Origin: an uncultured Desulfosarcina sp.
GTDB taxonomy: Bacteria > Desulfobacterota > Desulfobacteria > Desulfobacterales > Desulfosarcinaceae
Length of the DNA: 64,000 nucleotides
NCBI GenBank assembly: GCA_963674945.2
Contig: CAXXWQ010000002.1
Coordinates: 320,001 to 384,000 of the forward strand
Direction of reading: 5' to 3'
The translations under genes and the position numbers were made by a program. The notes under the pieces are model-generated. The model saw only the letters and a list, made by a program, of their open reading frames with translations. It was not told the origin of the DNA and made no database searches. This document shows, piece by piece, positions 31,526 to 42,221 of the stretch (positions within the stretch are counted from its first letter, which is position 1; each line of letters begins with the position of its first letter).

Positions 31526-31552
31526 TTATCGGTATTTGTCCGGTCGACTAAA
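31526..31552 (-). promoter_or_regulatory. Possible sigma28 promoter
   Basis: Minus strand reads TTTA-N15-ACCGATAA. Confidence 0.35.
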
Positions 31553-31672
31553 GGAAGGGAAAAACATTGACTTCTATACCACGAAGTGGCATTGATCCCT
31601 CATTCTGAGGAAGTCGCTCATCAAACCCTTTCATACACTATTTTTTGATTTTTCCAGACAGGGACCGGCCCT

Positions 31673-32068
31673 ATGAAACCCAAAGAATTCAGTGCGTATC
31701 GGAAAAAATTGAGCAAAACCCAGAAACAGATGGGCCAGCTGTTGGGAATATCCATAAAAGCCATCCACAGCTACGAACAGGGTTGGCGCACCATTCCCGT
31801 TCACGTGGAACGGCAGCTCTATTTTCTGCTTGTCCGGAAATTGTGCCGGACAAACGGGGCCAAACCATGCTGGAAGGATCGAAGATGTCCCAGAACGCAG
31901 CGGAATCAATGTCCCGCCTGGGAGTTTTCTGCCGGGGATCTGTGTTGGTTCATCAATGGCACCATTTGCGACGGCACGGTCCATGACACGTGGACCGAAA
32001 AGATGAAGTCGTGTCGGACCTGTCCTGTCTTCAAAAAGATTCTTGAGAAGATCGACGACCATGAGTGA
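31673..32068 (+). CDS. XRE-type HTH regulator with C-terminal Cys/Trp-rich (two-CW-like) domain
   Basis: RKKLSKTQKQMGQLLGIS...SYEQG then CW..C..CPAW..CW..C..C..C. Confidence 0.8.
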   Translation: MKPKEFSAYRKKLSKTQKQMGQLLGISIKAIHSYEQGWRTIPVHVERQLYFLLVRKLCRTNGAKPCWKDRRCPRTQRNQCPAWEFSAGDLCWFINGTICDGTVHDTWTEKMKSCRTCPVFKKILEKIDDHE

Positions 32069-32164
32069 GCATCGGCGCTCCGGTGGGTCGCGTGGAAAAA
32101 ACGCCCTCGCCATCGCATTCAACGAAGTGGCCCGGCAGTCCACCATGGCCGATCCCAATTGGAA

Positions 32165-32319
32165 AAAGGGGGATTACCCTTTCCGATTTCAGGCGCTATG
32201 CCAGGCGGGTGGGGTTTACCATCGTCAAAGAGGTGGGCATCAACACCCGCAGACAGGATCGATCCGGGAAGGTGGTGCGCTTCTGGCCGGATCTGTTCGC
32301 CTTTTATGGGTGTTTATGA
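32165..32319 (+). pseudogene. Possible C-terminal remnant of a MetW-like gene
   Basis: ITLSDFRRYARRVGFTIVKEVGIN...VVRFWPDLFAFYG resembles the MetW C terminus; N-terminal part absent. Confidence 0.4.
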
Positions 32320-32336
32320 TTACCGGATAGAATTAT

Positions 32337-32717
32337 TTATCGGGTGCACTGGGCGTTCTTGACGCAACCTTGTTTTTTTTCATGATGCTGAATGGCCCGT
32401 TTGCGTGTAATTCCCGCTACGAGCAAAAGGGTGATCCCTAAAAACAGGATGCTGACGGCTTCGTCAGACGGACTGAAAGATCCAGCTGTCGGCGATGCCT
32501 TGACGGGTTGTGCCAGGGCCGGGGCAGTTCCACCAAACGCCTTGCTCGTATCTACAAGGTAAGCAAGGTCGGCCACCGGTTTGCCTTCTTGCAGCCCCAT
32601 TGATTTTTCTTGGGAAAGGGGACCGGTCATTGAAAAACCACTTTTTGCAAAGCTGACGATTGCAGCGATAATTAGGACGACTGTTAGGACAATTGAATAT
32701 CTACTTCGCACTCCCAT
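32337..32717 (-). CDS. Small secreted protein with degenerate PEP-CTERM-like sorting signal
   Basis: N-terminal signal peptide; C-terminal SPSDEAVSILFLGITLLLVAGITRKR (TM plus basic tail). Confidence 0.6.
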   Translation of the reverse strand: MGVRSRYSIVLTVVLIIAAIVSFAKSGFSMTGPLSQEKSMGLQEGKPVADLAYLVDTSKAFGGTAPALAQPVKASPTAGSFSPSDEAVSILFLGITLLLVAGITRKRAIQHHEKKQGCVKNAQCTR

Positions 32718-32842
32718 TATATTTTCCTCTTAAGAAATTCTGACCAAATGGCGAATAAGAGATCACACGTATCGTTATCGCAGGCGTTTCATATGGTTTT
32801 TTGAATGGATCCAGAACTAATACGTAAGCGACACGCAGTTAT

Positions 32843-32859
32843 ATTCAATCGACATGCCA
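32843..32859 (-). promoter_or_regulatory. Sigma54-like promoter (TTGA -12 variant)
   Basis: Minus strand reads TGGCAT-GTCGA-TTGAAT upstream of the PEP-CTERM-like gene. Confidence 0.45.
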
Positions 32860-33323
32860 ATAAAATGTAAAAATGTTTGTATGGGGGGTATGGTCTTTAA
32901 ATCAGAGCAGATTCGAAATGTTTTGATATTTGATTATATCTGGAGCCGTTGATGTATTGGCTGTGATTGTGAAATATGTGTAATAGAAAGTGTGTAATTA
33001 TGGCATTGGTTACATAGCCGTAACGAGAGTTTTTTAAGCTATTTGACAAGTAAAAAGTACGTACCTTAAACACGTTTTGATGCGTTGAACAGCCATTTCG
33101 ACAGAGAAAAGAGGGAAGTGCTTATATTGTCTATGTTTTACATCATTTCTAACTCGTAAAATCAAAGTAGTATTTAGGAGTTTTATATGATATAAGTGGT
33201 GTCTTTTTTAAAGAGTGTGAAAGATTTTTCTCTTTTCTTGGACTGCTTTCGATGACAGACTCCTTTTCGGCGAATCCTGTTTCGCAGCTGCCGAAGAGGC
33301 GTGTAAAGGAGAGGCGTCAAATC

Positions 33324-35309
33324 ATGTGCGGCATTGCCGGAATCGTAAATTTTAACCGACCCGAAGAAAAACGCGCGCTGCTCACCCGAATGGTGGGAAT
33401 GATGCGCCATCGCGGGCCGGATGCGGCAGGTCTGTACATTCGCGGGCCGGCGGGGCTTGCCCATGCACGCTTGAGCATCATCGATCTGAGTCGTGCCGGC
33501 AATCAGCCGATTCACAACGAGGACGAGACCATATGGATCGTATTCAACGGTGAAATCTTTAATTATCCGGAACTCAGAACGGAACTGGAGAAAAAGGGCC
33601 ACCGTTTCTACACCCGGACAGACACCGAGGTCTTGATTCACCTTTACGAAGAGTGCGGTACGGATCTGTTTGAACGGCTGAACGGGCAGTTTGCCCTTGC
33701 CATCTGGGACGAAAAACAGCAGTGTCTTGTCTTGGGAAGGGACCGCGTCGGTATTCGCCCTCTCTTCTATCACCATGACGGCGGCCGATTGGTTTTCTCT
33801 TCCGAGATCAAGGCCATCTTCGCCGATCCGAACGTGAACCGGGCATTGGACGCGATTGCATTGTCCGACATTTTTACCTGCTGGGCCCCTTTGGGGCGCC
33901 GTACGCCGTTTCAAGACATCCATCAACTGCTTCCCGGACATTATGCCCGGATAACCCGGCAGGGGATTCATACCGCATCCTATTGGTCACCGCGATTTGA
34001 CCGGCCCGATGACCGGGAACGCCCGCTGAGCGATTGGGTGGAGGAACTTCGGGCGTTGCTTTTGGATGCCGTCCGGATCCGGCTGCGGGCGGACGTGCCG
34101 GTGGGCGCCTATCTTTCCGGCGGAATCGACAGCACCTATATCAGTTCCGTGGTGAAGCGAAACTTCAACAACCGGCTTCGAACCTTCTCCGTCCGGTTTT
34201 CAGACCATCGTTTCGATGAATCCTCCTATCAGCGCATGGCCATCGATGCCCTCGGAACCGATCACCGGGATATCCAGTGCGAGGAGGGGGAAATCGGCGC
34301 CCTTTTTCCGAAAATCGTCTGGCACACCGAGGCACCGATCATCAGAACCGCACCGGTCCCCCTTTTCATGCTCTCCAAACTGGTGCGGGAAAACGATTTC
34401 AAGGTCGTCCTCACCGGAGAAGGTGCCGACGAGATCTTCGCCGGCTACAACATCTTCAAAGAAGACAAGATCCGACGCTTCTGGGCGTGCCGGCCCGATT
34501 CCCGGATCCGCCCACGGCTGCTGGCGCGGCTATATCCCTATATTTTTTCGGCGGATAACAGCCGATCGCGAAAATTTATGGAAGGATTTTTCAAAAAAGA
34601 TCTGACCAACACGGATTCACCCTGCTATTCCCACCTGCTGCGGTGGTCCAATACATCGCAGGTTCAGTCTTTTTTTTCCGAAGACGTAAGATCGGCGGCC
34701 GGGACCACGGACGGTTTCATCGAACGCTTTCGTGCCATGCTGCCGGACCGGTTCATGTCGTGGGATCCTTTGTCACGGGCCCAATACACGGAAATTCGCA
34801 TCTTTCTTTCCAACTATCTGCTGTCGTCACAGGGAGACCGCATGGCCATGGCCAATTCCATCGAAGGCCGTTTTCCCTATCTGGATCACCGGGTGATCGA
34901 ATTTGCCGCAATGGTGCCCCCGGCGCTTCGCATGCGGGGCCTGGACGAAAAATTTATTCTGAAACAGGCCGCCCGCAACCAGATCCCGGATGCGCTCATT
35001 TCCAGGCCGAAGCAGCCGTACCGAGCGCCCATCAGCAGCTGCTTTTTCGGTGATCGAAAGCTGGAATACGTGGCGGAGCTGCTGTCCGAAACACGGATCG
35101 CGGAAGGTGGATATTTCGACCCCGAGAAAGTATCACGACTGATTGCCAAATGCCGTTCCCAACGGGGGAGCCTTTTAAGCGAGCGGGAGAACATGGCCCT
35201 GGTGGCGATTTTGTCGACGCAATTGATCGACCAGCAGTTTATCCGTGCGTTTCCGGCCCATCCGGCTGTGATGCCGGAACATTGTATCATACACGGAGAC
35301 CTAAGCTGA
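33324..35309 (+). CDS. asnB: Asparagine synthase (glutamine-hydrolysing)-like amidotransferase
   Basis: MCGIAG Ntn start, RHRGPD, FNGEIFN, LSGGIDS, TGEGADE, EGRFPYLD. Confidence 0.93.
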   Translation: MCGIAGIVNFNRPEEKRALLTRMVGMMRHRGPDAAGLYIRGPAGLAHARLSIIDLSRAGNQPIHNEDETIWIVFNGEIFNYPELRTELEKKGHRFYTRTDTEVLIHLYEECGTDLFERLNGQFALAIWDEKQQCLVLGRDRVGIRPLFYHHDGGRLVFSSEIKAIFADPNVNRALDAIALSDIFTCWAPLGRRTPFQDIHQLLPGHYARITRQGIHTASYWSPRFDRPDDRERPLSDWVEELRALLLDAVRIRLRADVPVGAYLSGGIDSTYISSVVKRNFNNRLRTFSVRFSDHRFDESSYQRMAIDALGTDHRDIQCEEGEIGALFPKIVWHTEAPIIRTAPVPLFMLSKLVRENDFKVVLTGEGADEIFAGYNIFKEDKIRRFWACRPDSRIRPRLLARLYPYIFSADNSRSRKFMEGFFKKDLTNTDSPCYSHLLRWSNTSQVQSFFSEDVRSAAGTTDGFIERFRAMLPDRFMSWDPLSRAQYTEIRIFLSNYLLSSQGDRMAMANSIEGRFPYLDHRVIEFAAMVPPALRMRGLDEKFILKQAARNQIPDALISRPKQPYRAPISSCFFGDRKLEYVAELLSETRIAEGGYFDPEKVSRLIAKCRSQRGSLLSERENMALVAILSTQLIDQQFIRAFPAHPAVMPEHCIIHGDLS

Positions 35310-35788
35310 ACGATTGTTTCGGGATGCAAACGCGTGGACGATACGGAGGCCGGGGTGATCGTATGTAGATTTGATACAGGACATGGGCTTGTCCTGCTGA
35401 ACACGGGGGAGGCGGACGGGAGTGCCTTACGTGCGCCAAATTGCCTAAAGTTAAGGTATTCTCCCTTTTCCATAAAACGGCGAAGGGAAACGACGCCCGA
35501 TAGCTGCGGCAAGCTCGACAATCGCTCACTTCGGCTTGACTAAGGTCTGGAAATTGTTTTATTAAAATGCGTTTTCATATGGCAGCGCCCTTTAATACCT
35601 GTCCGAATAGGAAATATTTTTCACAATATGATATCTATTCGCTATTCTTGAGGATTGAAAGCCGGCCAAATGGCGCGTCGGGACGAGTGGACACGGATTT
35701 TGGGTGCAGATATAACCAATTTATATATAAGTGTATATGAATTAGGGGGAGATTATTGGACAGTTTCTTTCCGGTTTTTTCCATTTCC

Positions 35789-35805
35789 TGGTACAAAAGT
35801 TGAAT
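35789..35805 (+). promoter_or_regulatory. Sigma54-like promoter (TTGA -12 variant) of the EPS operon
   Basis: TGGTAC-AAAAG-TTGAAT about 80 bp upstream of the chain-length gene. Confidence 0.5.
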
Positions 35806-35880
35806 CAAACGGAATTTCCAGCTTGATGATCACCATTCGGTTCCTGAACAGGCTTCCTGGAACCGATACGAAAAGGGACG

Positions 35881-37500
35881 ATGACCATGGCCTCACAGCC
35901 CATTCCCATGGACCCCAAATATATTATCGATCTGCTGATTAAACGTCGGTGGATACTCTTGGTCCCTTTTTGTCTGGCCATGATTGCGGGTATCTACCTG
36001 GCCATCACACTGCCAAAAATCTATGAAGCCAGCACGCTGATTTTAATTCAACCCCAGCGGGTTCCGGAGAACTACGTCCAATCTCTCGTCGAGGATGAGC
36101 CCAGCGAGCGGATCAACACTTTGTCCCAGCAGGTGCTCAGTAGGACCAATCTTGAAAATATCATAAATGAATTCAATCTGTTTGCATCTGCTGAGTACCA
36201 GGCGATGTACATGGAAGAAAAGGTTGGCCAGCTTCGTAAGCAAATATCGGTCAATGTAACCAGTGACAGGCGCAGGGGGACCGACTCCTTCTCCATATCG
36301 TTTCGGGGAAAAGATCCCAAAACCGTCATGCATGTGACCAATGCCCTGGCGTCCTATTTTATCGATGAGAATATCCGTCAACGAGAAGCTCAGGCCATCG
36401 GTACCAGCGACTTTCTTGATGCGGAGTTGAATAATATGAAGGGGCGTTTGGAAGAGGTCGAGGCTCAACTGAAGCAGTATCGCGAATCCTTCATGGGAGA
36501 ACTTCCGGAACAGCTGGATTCAAATCTGAGAATTCTCGATCGATTGCAGGAGCATCTTGGAGAGAGCCAGCAAAGCCTCAGTGAGGCGAAGATTCGATTC
36601 GCCGCCTTGCAAAGCGAGGTGGCTGTCACCAGAACTCAACCCACTGCAACGGTTGTGGGTTCAGAGCCCCAGGAAACCGTAACCGACATCGTCCAGATGA
36701 AGGCCCAACTGGATGCCATGCTCGCCCGGTACACGCCCCGTCACCCCGATGTGTTGCGATTGCAGGCGAGAATCGAGGAGTTGGAAAGACAAGCTCGGAT
36801 GATTGCCGAAACTGCCGAGACGGAGTCGAAAGAACAACAAACCGGTGAAGCAACTTCGCTCCCCCCCGATTCTGCCGTTTCCCCAGAGTACCGGGCGCAA
36901 TACACGGAGATCACCCAGGAGATGCGTCGCCTCGAGGCGGATGTCGAAGATACGAAGCGTCAGATCGCAATCTATAAAAAAAGAGTGGAAAACACACCCA
37001 AAAGAGAGCAGGAGTTGCTTTCTCTTCGACGGGATTATCAAAATATCCAAACCACCTATGACTCCTTGCTGGCCAGAAGGCTCGAGGCGGAAATTGCCGT
37101 AAACATGGAGCGCAAGCAAAAAGGCGAGCAGTTTAGGATCCTTGATCCGGCCAGGCAACCGCAAAAACCGGTGGAACCGGATATGAAAAAGCTGTTTATG
37201 ATGGTCGTCGGCGCCGGACTGGCCATCGGCTGTGGCATCATATTCCTTTTGGAGTATTTGAACAGTTCATTCAAGCGGCCCGAGGATATCGAAGAAGATC
37301 TTCAATTGCCGGTGCTGTGCTCGGTTCCAGAAATCATAGACCGAAAGCGGCGCATCTTGCGCCGTTTCGAATACGGCTTTTTTAGCATTTTTTTCATGAT
37401 CGCAGTGATTCTGTTCGGTGGTTTTACATTGCTTTCCCTTAAGGGCGTGGAACCCACCTTTGAATTGGTGAAGAGAATAGGAAGCGTGGCAGGCGTATAA
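35881..37500 (+). CDS. Polysaccharide chain-length determinant (Wzc/GumC-like, XrtA system)
   Basis: N-terminal TM, LPKIYEAS, long coiled coil, YTPRHPDV, FRILDPA..P..PVEP, C-terminal TMs. Confidence 0.9.
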   Translation: MTMASQPIPMDPKYIIDLLIKRRWILLVPFCLAMIAGIYLAITLPKIYEASTLILIQPQRVPENYVQSLVEDEPSERINTLSQQVLSRTNLENIINEFNLFASAEYQAMYMEEKVGQLRKQISVNVTSDRRRGTDSFSISFRGKDPKTVMHVTNALASYFIDENIRQREAQAIGTSDFLDAELNNMKGRLEEVEAQLKQYRESFMGELPEQLDSNLRILDRLQEHLGESQQSLSEAKIRFAALQSEVAVTRTQPTATVVGSEPQETVTDIVQMKAQLDAMLARYTPRHPDVLRLQARIEELERQARMIAETAETESKEQQTGEATSLPPDSAVSPEYRAQYTEITQEMRRLEADVEDTKRQIAIYKKRVENTPKREQELLSLRRDYQNIQTTYDSLLARRLEAEIAVNMERKQKGEQFRILDPARQPQKPVEPDMKKLFMMVVGAGLAIGCGIIFLLEYLNSSFKRPEDIEEDLQLPVLCSVPEIIDRKRRILRRFEYGFFSIFFMIAVILFGGFTLLSLKGVEPTFELVKRIGSVAGV

Positions 37501-38352
37501 ATGGGAAAGATCACAAAAGCTTACGAAAAACATGATCAGGAAAGGGACATGAAGGTTGCGCCTGCCATCACCCCCTTGTCCGTGAACCGTCGGGCGACCA
37601 CCCGGAAGATCAGGGTGATCGACACCAACGGGAACTCGTCCGGGAGAAGAATGAAAGATATGCGTCTCGATCCCCACCTGATAACGTACCACGATCCAAC
37701 CGGTGTCGAGGCGGAGATTTTCAAGATTCTGCGCACCAACATCCTGTTTCCCAAGAGCGGTCGGCCACCCCGCACCATCATGGTGACCAGTGCGATCCCC
37801 GGCGACGGAAAATCCTTTGTCGCCGCCAATCTGGCCATCAGCATCACACACGGCATCGAAGAGCATGTGTTGCTGATCGATTGTGATATGAGACGTTCGG
37901 CGATTCACACCCGCTTCGGATTTCCGGATGATACGCCGGGGCTGAGTGACTACTTGGCAGGCAAAAAGCCCCTGGCGTCGATGTTAAAGAAAACAATCGT
38001 CGACAAGTTGACGATCCTGCCGGGTGGCCAACCACCGCCGAATCCATCGGAACTCCTGTCGAGTCAGGCCATGAAGCAATTTCTGGAACAGGCCAAAAAT
38101 CGATACGACGACCGATACATCATCATCGATTCGCCTCCTCCCCAGATGTCGGCAGAGACCACTGTATTGGCCAATTACATCGATGGGATCATCTTGGTGG
38201 TAAGATACGGATCGACCCCCAAAGATTTAATAAAAGCGCTATTGGAAAAGTTAGGCCGGGAAAAGGTGATCGGTGTGGTCATGAACGGGTATCGCGTTCC
38301 GACCACCGAGCGCTATGGCTACGGAAAATATAAAAAATACAAAAAATACTGA
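37501..38352 (+). CDS. Polysaccharide biosynthesis tyrosine autokinase (CpsD/CapB)
   Basis: LRTNI, VTSAIPGDGKS, LIDCD, IIDSPP, Tyr-rich tail YGYGKYKKYKKY. Confidence 0.93.
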   Translation: MGKITKAYEKHDQERDMKVAPAITPLSVNRRATTRKIRVIDTNGNSSGRRMKDMRLDPHLITYHDPTGVEAEIFKILRTNILFPKSGRPPRTIMVTSAIPGDGKSFVAANLAISITHGIEEHVLLIDCDMRRSAIHTRFGFPDDTPGLSDYLAGKKPLASMLKKTIVDKLTILPGGQPPPNPSELLSSQAMKQFLEQAKNRYDDRYIIIDSPPPQMSAETTVLANYIDGIILVVRYGSTPKDLIKALLEKLGREKVIGVVMNGYRVPTTERYGYGKYKKYKKY

Positions 38353-39734
38353 TGCTTCACCTATTTAAAAAATACTATCCGGTTCGCAATGCTTTTTTTG
38401 TCGTCGGTGAAGGGGTGTTCATCTTTCTTTCGGTGATGATTGCCAGTGCCATTCTCATGGATGGTAATTTGTTTTTACCGAATCAGGCGATATTATTAAA
38501 AACCTGCCTGATTACCATCGTATGCCAGTCGAGCCTATACTATTTCGACCTATACGATCTCAATGTAACAAATTCATACCAGGAACTTTTCATCCGTCTT
38601 CTTCAGTCCCTGGGATCTTCCGCCATTTTTCTATCCCTCGTCTATTTTGTATTTCCCATCTGTATCATCGGCAGGGGGATCTTCTTTTTCAGTATATGTA
38701 TTCTCATTGGTTTCATTTCACTGTGGCGGGTCGCCTATACCCATGTTCTCAACCTGGGACTCTTCGATAAAAAGATTATCCTTCTGGGATCCGGTGACCT
38801 CGCCCAAAATATCGCCAAAGCCATTGAATCCAGTCGCGATTGCGGGTACCAGGTTGCGCAGGTCATCAACGATGACGCTCAAAAGGCCATTTCTTCGGTC
38901 GAAATTGGCCTGAATGGATACGACAACCTGTGCCAGGAGGCCAAGGATCATCATATCGATAAGATCGTCGTCGCAATCGAAGATCGTCGGAGTACATTTC
39001 CCACAGGACAATTGCTTCAATGTCGGGTCGAAGGTATCGAGGTGCTCGAAGGAACCAGTTTCTACGAGATGCTCACCGGGAAATTGATCGTCGAAAACAT
39101 TAACCCGAGCTGGCTGATCTTTTCCGACGGATTCAGGACGTCGTGGTTGAGAAGTTTCATCAAGCGATCCGTGGATTTGACACTCGCGGTGATCATGCTG
39201 ACAGTCCTTTCGCCGGTGTTGATTGCGACGGCGATACTCATCAAAGTGGACTCCAAGGGGCCGGTCTTCTTTTCCCAGGAGCGCGTGGGGCAAAACCGAA
39301 AACCGTATATGGTTCACAAGTTTCGTTCCATGGTTGATAATGCCGAAAAAGAGAGTGGGCCCGTATGGGCCAAAAATAATGACACCCGAATCACGCGGGT
39401 GGGGAAGTTCATTCGAAAATGGCGCATCGATGAATTTCCCCAATTGTTCAATGTGATCAAGGGTGAGATGAGTTTCGTGGGGCCCCGTCCGGAGCGGGAA
39501 TTTTTCGTCAAAGAGCTGGAATCCCAGATTCCCTATTATGGTGAACGTTTTTCCGCCAAACCCGGGGTCACCGGATGGGCACAGGTTTGTTACTCTTACG
39601 GGGCATCGGTGGAAGATGCCGTGGAGAAGCTCAAATACGATCTGTTTTATATCAAAAACATGTCCATCTTCATGGACTTGATGGTGATCATGAGAACGGT
39701 GAAGACCGTACTATTCGGGGAAGGGGCAAGATAG
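38352..39734 (+). CDS. Polyprenyl glycosylphosphotransferase (PEP-CTERM/XrtA-associated sugar transferase)
   Basis: N-terminal TMs; KFRSM, RIDEFPQL, GEMSFVGPRPER, KPGVTGWAQ. Confidence 0.92.
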   Translation: MLHLFKKYYPVRNAFFVVGEGVFIFLSVMIASAILMDGNLFLPNQAILLKTCLITIVCQSSLYYFDLYDLNVTNSYQELFIRLLQSLGSSAIFLSLVYFVFPICIIGRGIFFFSICILIGFISLWRVAYTHVLNLGLFDKKIILLGSGDLAQNIAKAIESSRDCGYQVAQVINDDAQKAISSVEIGLNGYDNLCQEAKDHHIDKIVVAIEDRRSTFPTGQLLQCRVEGIEVLEGTSFYEMLTGKLIVENINPSWLIFSDGFRTSWLRSFIKRSVDLTLAVIMLTVLSPVLIATAILIKVDSKGPVFFSQERVGQNRKPYMVHKFRSMVDNAEKESGPVWAKNNDTRITRVGKFIRKWRIDEFPQLFNVIKGEMSFVGPRPEREFFVKELESQIPYYGERFSAKPGVTGWAQVCYSYGASVEDAVEKLKYDLFYIKNMSIFMDLMVIMRTVKTVLFGEGAR

Positions 39735-39739
39735 CGGCC

Positions 39740-39868
39740 ATCCAGAAATGGCCAATTTGCCCGATATCGGCGTTACACAAAAAATTTTATCCTCGGAATA
39801 TCAACTATATACCTGTGGTAAAATTTTTTGTGCGCCTTGATTTCGACCAAATTTTCCTATTTCTGGAT
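39740..39868 (+). repeat. Long hairpin element related to family A (reverse orientation)
   Basis: Outer stem atccagaaat/atttctggat, inner stem cacaaaaaattttatc/ggtaaaattttttgtg; shares ccgatatcggcgttac and gccttgatytcga with the family A reverse complement. Confidence 0.75.
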
Positions 39869-40565
39869 AAACACAGTAAATGTAAATTTAGGTAATGGGT
39901 GATAGGCGATAGGTCAAAACGTAAAATTTACGGATCATCCCTTCTGTCTTATAGCTAACGGGCGATAGTCAATGGGTTATAGACAGGGAGCTTGGAGCGG
40001 GGAGTAGCAGAAAATTAGTTGATCGATGACGAGCGGTGCGCAGTGGGAGATAGGTGATAGCTCATAGCTGATAGATCATAGTTCAAAGGCAACACAATAT
40101 GAGTCATTACCTTTTACAGCGAGTCGAAGACAGACGGCAATCTTGTTGCTGTTTGATAGAAAAGAAGATTTATACGGTTGGTTCTGGCCAAAGATGGCTT
40201 GTAACCCACCAGGCGGAGCTATGTAGAAAAGGGATGAAGAGCAGGCTGTAGGCGGGGAGCGTAGAGGGGGCGAAAAGCGGAAGATCGGAAGAGCCGAAGA
40301 GAGAAAGTTGGGAAAATCGGAAAAGCGGAAGATTGAAAGAGCGGAAAACCATTGGATAGAAAACGGGATATTAGACATTTCAGGGATTTGGACGTTTACC
40401 GATTGGCCTTTCAATGTGCCATGATAATATTTGAAATTACCAAGTCCTTTCCCGCTGAAGAGCGATATTCTATGATTGATCAAATCAGACGATCCTCAAG
40501 ATCTGTTTGCTCCAATCTGGCTGAAGGATGGCGAAAGAGAAAATATGAAGCTGTTTTTAGGAATA

Positions 40566-42221
40566 CCTGAATCAGTGGCCTAATTTTTGCTGTTAGGATT
40601 GGCGCGGGGCGATTGCCTCACACACCATCATTTGTTGATAATTTTTCTCACTATTTTCAAATTTCGAAGGAATTTTGCTCCTGTTTCTCATTCTTTAGCC
40701 ATAGCAAATCACCAAGCAAATGCCTGTAAAATTGTTCTTTTAAAAATTATAGCTACTTCATAGCGGAAAGCAAATTCAGACGAAGATAAATCCGATCCAT
40801 CAGTTTGGAAAATGGATTGAGTTGGCCAAAGGATATGTACCATTTTCTACTTCTGGTTACTAATCGACCGGCCATATACATCAAGTCCTGCATGACTGTC
40901 CGGATTCGACGCCGGGTAACTTTCTTCCGGCGTATACCGGGCAATTCAGTCGGATCACTCTCTTCGATGCTGATTTGTCCGATAATCCGTAGCATGTTGT
41001 ACGTCAGCATCGCCAAATGAAGAATCAAGCTATTGGTGGAAAAATGACCGCTCGGCAAGCGCTCCAGGCCCATGTCGGATTTGAGTTCGGAGTGAAACTG
41101 CTCGCTGGTACCGTGATCGTGATAAAGTCGAATCACCTCATCCGGTGGCAACTGTGCGAGGCTGCACCAATAGGTATCGATCTGATACTCGGGGAACAGC
41201 AGTACTTGGCCCTTTTTGGTATGCCTTTCGGTAACCTCAAAGATGATTGGGTAGCGCAATGGATTGCCGTTGATGTCTTCAATCGTCTTTCCGATCCATA
41301 CACATTTTCCTGAGCGGCAATGCTGTTGCTTGCCGGATTTTTTTGCCAGATCAACCCACTTTTGAACAGATTCTCTACGCAAATTGCGTTTGATGATAAA
41401 GTGGACATTCTTTCGTGAATCGTCAGGAAAGTTGTCTTGACTGTCGTTTCCTGAATCCAACCTCATCAAAATAGGCTGATCGGTAATTTGCCTGGCATAA
41501 TCCAAGGTGGCGTTGATAAATTCGGGGGTGTTTTTCTGGCAGTGTTGTTTTCCTTCTCTGAACTCAAGATTCACCAGATACCCCTCGGTGCCCAGGTAGG
41601 CAAAGATCGGAGCGAAGCCATCCGTGCCTTTGTAGGTTCTGGAAACGCCTTCCTTTTGAGTCTTTGAGTTGTCAAACGGACTCACATCCATATCCAAAGG
41701 AAGGAAATCACCCGCACTGGTTTGGATGGGTGAAATCGCCGGAGCGCAGGATCGAACCAAATCAACGCCTGCATCCTTAATCAGCTTATCGGCTTGGTTG
41801 CCGATCAAATCGATTCGCTGACGCAATGTCGGGCTTGACGGGCATGCACGATTGCCAATGGCCTTGTTGAAAAATTCTTGCTTCTCACGAAAAATCTCGA
41901 TCGCATCGTAATCAGGTTTACCAATACTCATGAGAGCAATCATCGAAGCTAAAATGTCACCATGAGAAATTTTCGGGTCTACACAATGGACGCCGTTGAT
42001 CTTTTCGAAACGGAACCTGAAATTTATCGCATCAAGTAATGCGCCGATATTGATCAATCCGCTATGACTGGCAAGTTTTTCCATCTCGTGTTTTATGGTG
42101 ATCGGACGCCGCATTGATTTCACCTCCGAAGTGAGCGTTTAGTGCCCTAATATTACCATAATATATATGTTTTATCAATTGGTTATAGTGTTTTAATCAG
42201 GTTTTGTGCCACGGAAACAGG
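40566..42221 (-). mobile_element. IS1380-family insertion sequence, 1656 bp
   Basis: Imperfect terminal inverted repeats cctgaatcagtggc/gccacggaaacagg; 5-bp target duplication GAATA at 40561-40565 and 42222-42226. Confidence 0.92.
40753..42123 (-). CDS. IS1380-family DDE transposase
   Basis: LDMDVSPFDNS, RLDSGND, YHDHGTSEQFHSELKSD. Confidence 0.9.
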   Translation of the reverse strand: MKSMRRPITIKHEMEKLASHSGLINIGALLDAINFRFRFEKINGVHCVDPKISHGDILASMIALMSIGKPDYDAIEIFREKQEFFNKAIGNRACPSSPTLRQRIDLIGNQADKLIKDAGVDLVRSCAPAISPIQTSAGDFLPLDMDVSPFDNSKTQKEGVSRTYKGTDGFAPIFAYLGTEGYLVNLEFREGKQHCQKNTPEFINATLDYARQITDQPILMRLDSGNDSQDNFPDDSRKNVHFIIKRNLRRESVQKWVDLAKKSGKQQHCRSGKCVWIGKTIEDINGNPLRYPIIFEVTERHTKKGQVLLFPEYQIDTYWCSLAQLPPDEVIRLYHDHGTSEQFHSELKSDMGLERLPSGHFSTNSLILHLAMLTYNMLRIIGQISIEESDPTELPGIRRKKVTRRRIRTVMQDLMYMAGRLVTRSRKWYISFGQLNPFSKLMDRIYLRLNLLSAMK

